Source of the DNA: Halocafeteria seosinensis
Taxonomy: Eukaryota
Assembly: GCA_001687465.1 (NCBI GenBank)
Contig: LVLI01000319.1
Coordinates: 62,001 to 103,938 of the forward strand
Length of the DNA: 41,938 nucleotides
Reading direction: 5' to 3'
Part shown: piece after piece, positions 31,937 to 41,938 of the stretch
Numbering within the stretch: the first letter of the stretch is position 1
Layout of the letters: every line of letters begins with the position of its first letter
Notes under the pieces: generated by a model
Databases searched by the model: none
Told to the model about the DNA's origin: nothing
Seen by the model: the letters and a program-made list of their open reading frames with translations, nothing else
Position numbers and translations under genes: made by a program

Positions 31937-34608
31937 ATGACGACGACAACCACCACAGCATTCAGCTCTCGTGCTGATGCTTTCTGTTCCAGCAATACTG
32001 CCATTCACAGTGCTGGTCATTCTTCTACGAGTACACATCATCAATATGAGCACACATCGTGCTCCATGAGCGTCTCTCAAACGCATGGAGAATGCAATGG
32101 AGGAAAGGAAAAAGAAGAATTCGACGAAACGCATCAGCAGCAAAAGGAATCCCATCAAGGAGAATTTCACCCTCCTTTTTTAGATACAAATGGGATCAAT
32201 TTCATTCCAGCTAGCAATGAAGGTGATCAGGAGAATGCTGATATAGAGGGTGATGAACGGGAGCAATTGCAACAGACTCCTTGTCACCGACCCCAGTACC
32301 AAGGGTTCAGCTATGGGGATTCTCAAGGGAGGAGACAACGACATGTAATCGATCCGAAAGAAACACTCATGCTGTTTGATGATGATGACGAAACCCCTCT
32401 TAAACATCATACAGAAGTTGTTTCGTGGGAAGAGATAACTCAGTGGAGGAACAGCCAGGATAGAATCCCTTCTTCTGCCAAAACAGGGTCGACTGGAACC
32501 GAGAGAGGTGATAAAAGCAATTCTTACCCTCACTCAGTGGAAAGGCATAAGGATGAAAGAAACAATAAACCAGTGATGAGCGGAGAGGTTGCTAGTAGCT
32601 CCTCGAACGAAGGTGGACGAGCAAGTGAACAATTCGTGCAACAAGTTCCTCCGGGAAATAGCAGCAATTATCCTGAGAAATATTCTACCGAGTTCGCTGT
32701 TCAAAACTCTCAAATTAAGGAACAACCTCCACCTAAGGGGCAGTCGGAACTTGCTACTCAGCCAGAATCCAAACAATTTTGGGTTGGCAGAGATCACAGC
32801 ACATTGCACAAGAGTACTTCGACGACCAGTGTACAAGATTCTTCAGCGCCTGGAAGCTCCTTGAGGCATACACCATCTCTAGAAGAAAGGGATATTGAAG
32901 ATGCCTGTAATGTCTCGCTGTCGTTCCAGGGTCTCGTCAGTTTCTTTGTTTCTGAACTAAGCTGGGGCACGGTAAGTGCTATACAAAACTGAAGCTGCTT
33001 TGCATGCCCCCTTTACACTTGGTCCTCTGTGTCGTGCACGCAGACTCGCAAGAGTGCTGTAGCCAGTAATGAGCATATCGCCAATATGCTGAAAATTCCC
33101 ATGTATTTTGAGAGATTTATCGCTATGGCATGGTTGATATCGTTGGATTTGTTCTTACACAACTTGACCCTGCTGCCGCTCCGTTTCATATACAGCGTAG
33201 GATCTATATGCTCCTCGATGCTTAATCCGATGAGGTAAGCTTAGTAAGAGTGGAGATCCGTACCTGACAATGAATGACCTCCTACTTTGAACGCAGCAAG
33301 AGGCCGCTTAAAAGAGCTGTCGTGTATGATGTTGTGAGAGGCCTCACAATTGTTTTGGCCTGTTATGTTCTCAGCTATGTGCAGATTAGTCGTGTTTACC
33401 ATTACATTCGAGGAGAGGCTATAATCAAGTTATACGTTATTTTCAACATTCTAGAAATTTTCGACAAACTCTTGGCTAGTTTTGGACAGGATGTGCTGGA
33501 TGGTCTTTACAGGTCGACTGTACAACATGCCAACTACTTGGTGGGTTTGCGGTGGCTGAATGAGCCGTGGAGGATGGCTTCAGTAGGGATGCACATAGTG
33601 ATTGCAGCCCTTTATGTGGTACTTCATTCGCTACTTCAGTTTTTGCAAATTGTTTGCATTAATGTGGCGATAAACAGCCACGGACATGCGCTGTTTACAC
33701 TTCTTATAAGTAACAACTTTATGGAACTCAAATCTTCGGTTTTTAAGCGGTTCGCACCCGAAAACCTGTTTCAAGTGTCTGCAAGTGGTACGTATGAATG
33801 GCTAGCTGCATGTGATTCAATGAGCATAGTAGCTGCCATACGTACCTGCCGCGCAGATGCTGTAGAGAGGTTTCAGATTGCACTATTCTTAATGCTCATT
33901 ATACTTCAAGATGTGTCTTCACTAAGCTCTCTGTGGGCTATGGTTCCTACAGCTGCTGGTATCTGGCTCTCGGAATGTTTCATCGATTGGACAAAACACT
34001 GCTTCGTCGCAAAGTTCAATCGTATGCATTCCAACGTCTACAACAAGTACATTACTTTGCTAGCTCTTGATACTATTAATACCCGGAAAACGCTTAATTC
34101 TTGCCTTGATCCTACGCATCGTCGAGGTAGGCGACTTGGCTTGGCTACCCTTCCGCTCACATGTGTGGTACGTAATGCTCGTCCCTGGCAGATCTAGCAG
34201 TTGCTGATTACTAAATTTTGCTGCGTTTTGTCTACTTTTCAGCTTGTGAGATTATTATCAATTAAACTTTATAGCTCTCGCGTCGAGCTCTTTTCTTTTG
34301 AAGGAGTACTATGGGTCGTATTCGCTTTTCTGCTACTACTTGGTTTGAAAATGGCGTTGAGTCTCTTTCTGCTGAAGGTGTCCGCTTGGTGGCTTCAAAA
34401 TGGATACGACAACCCATATGGAACGACGCTGGGGAAGAGTGACAAAAACGGAGGACATAGTACGGATGCAAAGTCATCTACTCAAGATGTTGATCCAGCT
34501 ACTCTACTAACGGGTGGGGACAGTCTACAGGGAGATACCAGCGATACGGTGCAACGCATAAGCAACGTGTCACGGTACACTTTACACGGGAACCGTGTGC
34601 CCTTGTGA
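31937..34608 (+). CDS. TAPT1: TAPT1/EMP65/POD1 (DUF747) ER membrane protein
   Basis: LDLFLHNLTLLPLR, SRVYHYIRGEAIIKLYVIFNILEIFDKL..SFGQD, NVAINS, LLISNNFMELKSSVFKRF, S|DAVERF and DWTKHCFVAKFN. Introns 32972-33043, 33235-33296, 33788-33856 and 34168-34242. Long disordered N-terminus. Confidence 0.92.
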
Positions 34609-34647
34609 TAATCCAGACATTACATACCTAGATGGTATAAGTCTATC

Positions 34648-37600
34648 TCACTGAGAATTCTTTCCAGGTGGGAATAAACGCAGTCGTACTCGTTCATCAA
34701 AGATCTTTTTCACGACATTGCGTACTTCATGATTACCACACTTGATGAGATCCAACAGCAGATCGTACAACCAGCTTAGGTGGGCGTCGAATTCCTCATT
34801 CGTAAACGCCAGTATACCATCAAGCAGGTTAAGGACAATAGGTGCATACGCAGCAGCTTCTCTAAATACCTCTCTGTCGATGTACTGGGATTGACCATCA
34901 TCTTGCCGGAAAGATCGAAGCTCGGCACGAGTCTCTTCAGCATCATTGTCTAGTTTCACGTATCTCCAGACAACCCCGGACGCCAGAGACTTTAATCTGT
35001 TGACAGCCAGTTCTTTTCGGGTGGTGGCTTCTTCCGCCTCTTCAGCAGGCTGAGTGCGAAGCAGACGAAGGAGGAGATTCAGCAACTGTGAAGTACTGCT
35101 TGTTTCTTGCCTAAGCAGAGAAGGCAGTTTGTTATTTTGCCGAGCAAAGCGCATAAAACCAGCTCGCCATAAAGCTTGGCGCAAGTCTCTATCAGCGTTG
35201 AATTGTCTAGCAAATTCAGAACTCTTCTCAAGAAGCCCAAGAAGTACTTCTAGTTGGTCGATGCCGAGGCCTTTTAAGTGCGACTCTGCTAGCAATCCCA
35301 CACTGGAAATCAGCTCCAACTGGACGACACACTGTGTTATCACACGTTGTGAATTGAACGGTAATGATGCGTGAAAGCCTCCGTTTTGACCCGCACCTGG
35401 ATGGGGACTCTTTTTCTTTGGGGTAGGGAACACCTCTTTCCTAAAACAATACAAAACGCCCCACCGTAGTCGGATGACAAATTTATCCCCCACAATTTTA
35501 TTCACCCTGCCCTTTCCATATCGGGTTTCTACTACTTCGTCTCTGTCAAATTCTACTTTGCCTTCCTCCTGTGTAGAGGGACCCAAAAAGGTATCACGTG
35601 CTTCCAACAGATCGGTTGGGAGAGTTTCCGTAAAGAGATTTCGCAGGGTCTCAATGACACTTGACCAAATTTCTCTGGTAAACCGAGGTCCAGCTTCGCT
35701 CAGCAGTATCTGTAAGCAAGCGACACCTATCCTTGCCAGCCCTTCAATGTCCTGATTGATGCAATTTTCTAGCAGTTTGAGCAGTTCCGGCAACAAGAAT
35801 GTTTGTCTGTTGAAAAAGCGTGCTTGTAGCCGTACTAAAGAGCTCAAGGCAGCCATACAGGTGGTTTTTAGCCAAGACTGGTCCTCAGGAACTCGTTTGC
35901 TGGTACCCGCTTCTGAGGACACGTGTCGAACGTCATCAAACAGAGGTAGTAGGACGCCACTAAAAATAAGGGACCATAGAGATTGACTGAAGCCAGGCCC
36001 AAACCGCCGAAGTAATCCGAACAAACAATTGAGAGCCCTCGTTCTTATTGGCAAGCGATGGTCACTGGTTATCCCAGCAAGCCCAGTCAGTAAAGGCCAC
36101 CAGACTCGCAGATGCTCTTCCTTATCAGTGAACTTCCATATTCTACCGTCATTGCTGTAGTCAGATACTATTGTGGCATCATCCTCTTTCGCCGAACCGT
36201 TTTGCTGGTACATCGCTCCCTCATAGTCTGACGCTGCATGTTCGTTTTCTCGTTGCGGATGAGCAGCTGTGAATTGTACATCGGCCCCCAATGGAGGAGT
36301 AGACGAGACGTCGACCACATCATCATTTTCCGGTCCATTCAAATCGCACCATGGATTGTTTTCATCGGTTGGACCAACGGACACCCGACCTCGCACCAGA
36401 GAGGTCCCCAACGCTGCCAAATGGTCTACTGCCCTTAACGAGACAGTATGCGGAACTGCGTCGTTTCCTGCGAAGGCTACCAAGCACTTGACTAGGTCCT
36501 CAAAGGAATTGTTCGCAGTTACTTGGTCAAAGTGATCATTGACAACAGTATGCACGGTTTCGAAGGCTAATGACACAATGTCGTCATTAGCATCGTCCGC
36601 TGCTGCGGTATGGACAGCAAAGAGGGTCTGCCACCCGGAGTAAAGTTTAGAGGCCTTACCTCGAATTATGTTCGCAAAGACTTGAAGGATGAGCTCCCGA
36701 ATCACGGGGTCTGTTTTAGGAACAGCTTCCATTATAGCATGGAAAGGAGCAAGGAACTTCGTCTGAAAGGGGAAGTGCTTCAACTCCCCCTGGTCCAGGA
36801 ACTTGTAGGACAGCTGCTTCAAAGAGTCTATTGCGAACATGGCGATATTCACATTCGTGTGGCACCCAACAGCCGTAAAAAATCGAGAAAGCTGATCCCA
36901 CACTTGTGCCCAAAGTACACGGGGCCTGAACTCCATGTTATAGTCGGCCACCTCAACAACTTTTTGCAAACTGAAAACACGAGGTTCAGCAGAAACTCCA
37001 AAGACTTGCGAAGATACACTATGCGATTCTGAAATTTGACTTGGCAGCCCTTTGCGAGCGGACGCTATAACCCCCCATTGTCCTCTAAGTGACGCCTGGT
37101 GGGTAGTGCCGGTACTTGCACCCGCTGTGGGAAGACTCTCGTGGCTTTGTTCCGACGGAACCAATGCCAACTCGCGCGCGGCGTTGGCCATCTGAAGCTC
37201 ATATAGGCTCACTCTGCAGAGATGCCCAACAAATTCCTTCAAGACCCTTGTCTCCAGAGAAACGCTGGACGTAAAAATTCGAATTATCGTTTCCTCATCC
37301 ACAGCGGCAGATACATACGAAGCGTTCATCTTCTCCGTAGCAACAGCCTCCACCTCTGCGCGAGCTCTTTCTTGCTGGGATTTTGCACTTTTTGAGCTCC
37401 TTCTGGAGTTGGCTTTGTTGATGTTCACAAAAAATTCGCCATCCGATGCACCACCAGCGCCAATATTCTGTAGTCGCGCGATTTGGGACAAGCACATCAA
37501 TACAATACCCCAAGCTTCGCCCAAATATTGCCCTTCGTCGAGAGCCAACTGCACGATGGCCTTTACACAAGCAACGTTCTTGGGGCGCATTTGGCGGGTT

Positions 37601-40552
37601 GGTTGATCAAGCAATGTAAATTTCGACAGCGTCGAAACGAATGCATCCCTTTCGGTGGTCATACCTAGATGCCCCGAGGCATGCACCGCTTGTTGCAGGC
37701 CCTTGAGACAATCCGATGTAACAGTCGGATCTTCGTTGGTCTCGAAGTTGACGCTAAAGACAGCCAGCAAAGGTCCCCAGGCCACATCAAACAAAGCTCG
37801 AACATGTTCAAGCGTTATCACCGTGAAAGAGTAGTATAAGCTTTCGTCTACACCAGCGCCGCTGTCCTCGACACCCGATTCATTTTGATGAGCTCTCCAA
37901 GCCTTAGCAGATGCTCGCTGCCGCAACATCATCTCTTCCCCTGCTCTAAGAATCTCAGCCTTTTCCTCATGGAACGCCTCCCGACGCACCCGAGCATTTC
38001 CACTCGCGGAAGACACTTTGGTGCGCTTATGGTCATCCTCTTGTAACGAAATCGCTTTGCTAACAATGGAATCATAAATTGCGCCCAAGAATTCCGACGG
38101 CAGATTCTTCCCGTCGGCGATTCCTCTATTGTTGTTAATGAAAGCCTCTTTAGTCATCTTCTTTTCAGGCTTAATGCTGGGATTATGTGCATCTGTCTGC
38201 AGCATAATAACGCTGTATGCAAGAATGAAGGCAGTGTCAGCTGAAGGAAAGACGTTAGGATTGTGGTTGGTATATCTTTCTGCAAACTTTTCCATCATAC
38301 GATCAATTTTCTGGGCTTCCCCGGGAAGTCGAAAGCCACTTAGGAAGTGGCGAATGGCCTCGTCGAAACGCATATCTGTGAAGTCCATCATATCTACGTA
38401 CGTTCGCATTGTATCTTTGCTTAGTTCCTTGTCTTCACCCAAGTATTCTCCAATGGCTGTTTTATCTAGGTCGTCGCGCAGCTCGTGTAGCGCAGCTGCG
38501 ATATTCTCCGGGGTCTTTGAAGAAATAAGCCCTTGCTCGACCATATAGTCGATTCCTTTTGACGGCTTCATCCTGAATTTGAGCGATGCACGCTCTAGAA
38601 CTTGTCTGCGCCGCTTGAGTCTGTCGTAGTTTGTAGCTAGCGCATGCGAACTCCGTCTTTCGGGGGCCGTAGTATCATCAGGTGTAGACTCCCCATTGCC
38701 ATGTACTCCCTCTTCCGATTCTGCGTGCTGTTCTTCAACATCTTGCGCTTCTTCAGACTGGGCAGTATTGCCGATAGCGGCCTCCGTATCCACTCCAGCA
38801 TTTTGGGCGAACTCCTTCGCGGCGGAGTGAGCCATATCGGTGCAGATCGTTATGGAGTTCATCAAGGATGACAGTGCCTTCATGGCGACGCTTTGAACAG
38901 CATGCGCTTCCTCAGTTGTTCGTTGACTGGCATTGAACTCTTCGGAAGCTCGGCCTTGTGCAATCGATCCCAGTGCGGTCACCAGCCTTTCAAACACGTT
39001 ACCGCGGTTGCTAATGCAGTCATAATTCAAGAAGAGCTCCATTACAATTGTCGTATCCTGGCACAGTTGGTGAAAAACTCTGAGTACCAAAATTTTGTGC
39101 TCGTGGTCTGCATTAGGGCTTTCCAAGACTTCAGAGAACACGTTAGAGACGAAGACCTCAATTTCGGGCAAAAGATCGTTCTTAAAACTCCGTACTAGCA
39201 CTATGAAGATGCGTAAAGAAAGCGAAACAACCGTATTGTGACTATGCATGCAGTTGTTCAGTAGGGATACACACAAATACTGTCGAATCGTTGTCAAAAA
39301 ACGATGATTGGTACGGAAGGATTCTCCAGCGTGATTGAGTATCGATAGCAGCAGTTCCAGAGAGAGGACCTTGCTTGAGACAGTCACAGCTTCGCTTAGG
39401 GAATCAGCATCCTGCTCCTCAGTCTCGTCACCGCCGCCTTTCATCGATAGGCGACACAATGCTCGAAATAAGAGAAATGCGTCCCGATGATACACGCTGA
39501 CAAAGCCTTCAGCATCTTCTGGATTACCAGATATCGCTCTGGGTTGAGACTGGCCCGCAGTCCCGCTATCTTCGCCACCTGTTGCTACAGCCGTCGTCGG
39601 CAAATCTAGCTTTTCCTTCACAGAGTCATACGTGCAATTAGCTGATGAATTGGCCGAAACGATATTGCTTTCAGTTCCACCTTCTTTCTCTTCTTTGCTT
39701 TCCGATTTATCCCTGCTTGCAGAACTTCCTTGATGATGCTGTCGATCGGCATCCTCTGCTGCATCTTGAACCGCCATCACTGGATCAGGACTAAGTCCTG
39801 CTTTCTTCCTTTGATCGAAAGCTTCCATTCGTTGGATCACAATATTAACCATCTGTGTAAGTGCTGCTTTCGCTGTGTTGCGATTAACGCTGTTCTTCGA
39901 CGATAGATAAATGTGATATACGGAGCGGACTGCACCCAGCAGCGACACTCCACGAACTCTGCAAGTGTTGCTGGTCACCGCAGTCAGTAGCGCTTTGATG
40001 ACTTGCAGCTGAACATTATCTTGTGTATCATCCCTACAAAGGCAAATTGATTCAATGACAACGTCCACTAAACGCTTTTCTGTCCCATTTTTTTGTTGCA
40101 CTCTCATTTCTCCTCGTAGATGTCCGTACGCTGTGAAGACACCGCAGCAAGGACAAGAGTGAGTAGATATACAACCACACAACTACCAAAGACTAATACA
40201 TACCGATGAGCTTCTGAAGTGTATCCAACGCAGTTACTTTGATTTTCTCTTTAGAATTTCGTGTAGCCAGGACTAAGGGGCGGTAATACTTATCTGCGGA
40301 GGCTACTCCCGTCATGCTATCTTGTGGCGTTCTGCATTCATTTTCCATCCAAGGTTTCAACAAGCGGACTAGGGCCGACAAATCAACGTACTTTTCTTCC
40401 AGAGACGCTTCATCTCCTTCGCCTCCTTTGCCATCCGTGGGGACCTCCCCTATTTGCTGGAGCACCTCATCGCACGCTTGCCGAAGTTCTGTCTCCTTTT
40501 TGGAGCTGGTCTGACGAACTTTTCGTATGGAACGAGCCACGAGGACTTCCAT
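34648..40552 (-). CDS. SEC7: BIG/Sec7-type large ARF guanine-nucleotide exchange factor
   Basis: DCB (VQLQVIKALLTAV), HUS (DAFLLFRALCRLS, SKVLSLELL, LFLNYDC), Sec7 domain (FRLPGEAQKIDRMMEKFA, LAYSVIMLQTDAHN) and HDS domains (FSLQKVVEVADYNM, AIDSLKQLS, SGWQTLF, WLKTTC). Intron 40131-40203 and a probable in-frame intron 40332-40391. Confidence 0.96.
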
Positions 40553-41654
40553 CCTTCTACGATATCCTTTCTGCTGCCGAAATATCTTCAAAGAATCCCT
40601 TATGGAGGAGGGGAAAAGGGAGAGAATCGAGTAAGACAGGCAAAATCCCCCCGAGAAACCGAGGTGAAAATCCCCTATACGGACGTCTCCAGGATTATTT
40701 CACCAGAGGCAAGCATACAGTAAAGAATTGAAAAGATATAACTGGTCTCTGTATGCGTTCCGATGAACAATTACAACGAGGCTAGATCTTTAGGCTCCGA
40801 GTGGAGTGGCAGCCATCAGAGTAGACGAATTGTTTGTTGCGTCCCTCGAACAGGGCACCACAAAGGGACCAAAAAGGGTGCTCCCGGATGCCGATGGAGG
40901 AATCCAAAATGCTACAGTAAGGTTTAGGCCTCTTCATTACAGAAATGAGTGTAGAAAACTTAACAGCTTGGTTCGCGAAGGATAACAAAGGCTGCCCTTG
41001 CGGCAGTCAGGCACTACATGGGCAAGTGACAGAAGTGGCTGATACGGTTGGTTGCTGTGCATTTGACTATTCTTCATCATTAAACGATTAGTAGCTCCAA
41101 ATCAAATTCTTTCTTCCCAACACTGCGTAATATATCTGTTGAAAACATAACTTCATTCCTATCTGTCTTCTTAAGCGCGGAAGTGGTATCAACGGCAAAC
41201 ATCGTTGGGGATCATCTCCTTCCAGGGAGCGATGCTGTCAGTCATTCACTGACGTAAAAGAATTCACTCGCTCAGTGTGACAGAGAGCATGCAAAAATTA
41301 ACATTTCATTCCATGCACTGCTTCTAGTTAGTTTCCATGAGCATCCTGTGGGGTGGATGTGACGAAATGATACGCCACGGTGAGAAGAAAGATCGACATC
41401 CCCAACAAGTTAACGAAGAGAGTTAGCTGTCCGTCTTCTGAGTCGTCCATATTTTGTAAGCCGAGTTGGAGAAGAGCAGCAGTTGTATTCAAGTTCTGCG
41501 AGCGGAATTAATGAAATCTAACCATGTTACCAACCGCCGTAAACGATTACGATTACCCACATCACGGTACACATACCTTATAGTGCGCGGAAGATCAACC
41601 TTCTAGACACAACTCCGTGTTCTAGTGAATATGAATAGATCAATCCTTTCATGC

Positions 41655-41829
41655 CAAACCACAACACGAATCCATTAGTAAGGTCTGGGGCCCTCTGGGC
41701 CCGCAACATTGGGCCAACAAGCATCTTCTTCACAAAGTGCGCAACTCAGGGAGAAGTTCTCACCACTTTGAGTTCTGCAACTCTGATCATACTGCAGGCT
41801 GGTAGTTTGTTGCATCGTGTTGTGGTTTG
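41655..41829. repeat. 175-bp non-coding element bounded by a perfect 15-bp inverted repeat, with nested stems
   Basis: CAAACCACAACACGA (41655-41669) pairs with TCGTGTTGTGGTTTG (41815-41829). Inside are GGGCCC-tct-GGGCCC (41688-41702) and CAACAAGC (41715-22) / GTTTGTTG (41805-12, one G-U). Confidence 0.72.
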
Positions 41830-41938
41830 ACACGCATTCCCACTACCCAATGTCACAAAGGCTAGTGTTTCGGGACAAGCTGGACTACTTCACTACCACT
41901 CAGGCTGTTGCAACTACAGACCGAAACGGTATTAGAAC

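Noticed and set aside
7318..34608. Apparently fragmented or frameshifted ORFs suggesting pseudogenes (DBP4, MECR, PPIB, GT62, TAPT1)
   Set aside because: Every break is explained by a canonical GT-AG intron that restores the frame and the conserved motifs.
359..40988. Numerous 60-180 aa alternative-frame and antisense ORFs overlapping the real genes
   Set aside because: They are shadow ORFs of conserved CDSs, mostly with non-ATG starts and no domain signatures.
41651..41830. 59-aa plus-strand ORF coinciding with the inverted-repeat element
   Set aside because: Short, with no recognisable domain. The coincidence is probably incidental.
1..41938. Prokaryotic or viral systems (CRISPR arrays, operons, defence islands), tRNA/rRNA genes, transposases
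   Set aside because: I saw no regularly spaced repeats, tRNA cloverleaf with A/B boxes, rRNA similarity, or transposase/RT motifs. The locus is spliceosomal eukaryotic DNA.

Overview
Gene-dense eukaryotic genomic DNA with short GT-AG introns (mostly ~50-105 nt) and very short intergenic gaps. The bHLH-PAS type, a GT62 enzyme and an insert in Sec7/BIG point to a stramenopile-like protist, which is an inference. The window opens with a tandem array of at least four paralogous bHLH-single-PAS transcription factor genes (1-7183). The ORF track shows mainly their PAS exons; the bHLH domains appear only after splicing, and intron phases are conserved across copies. After that come conserved genes: DBP4/DDX10, an RNI-type LRR protein, a divergent MECR-like mitochondrial reductase, an ArfGAP, ATG1/ULK, NAT10, LTV1, a second LRR protein, GGACT-like, cyclophilin B, an Anp1/Mnn9-family glycosyltransferase, TAPT1/EMP65 and a BIG-type Sec7 ARF-GEF. 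The leading candidates for novelty are (i) the bHLH-PAS array, (ii) a MECR-like gene that appears to lack the catalytic Tyr and carries an oversized, strongly self-complementary intron with mutually exclusive pairings, and (iii) two non-coding elements bounded by 15-18 bp inverted repeats (1001-1253 and 41655-41829). I recognised no rRNA, tRNA, CRISPR array or transposase. All splice models were read by eye and are not transcript-verified.
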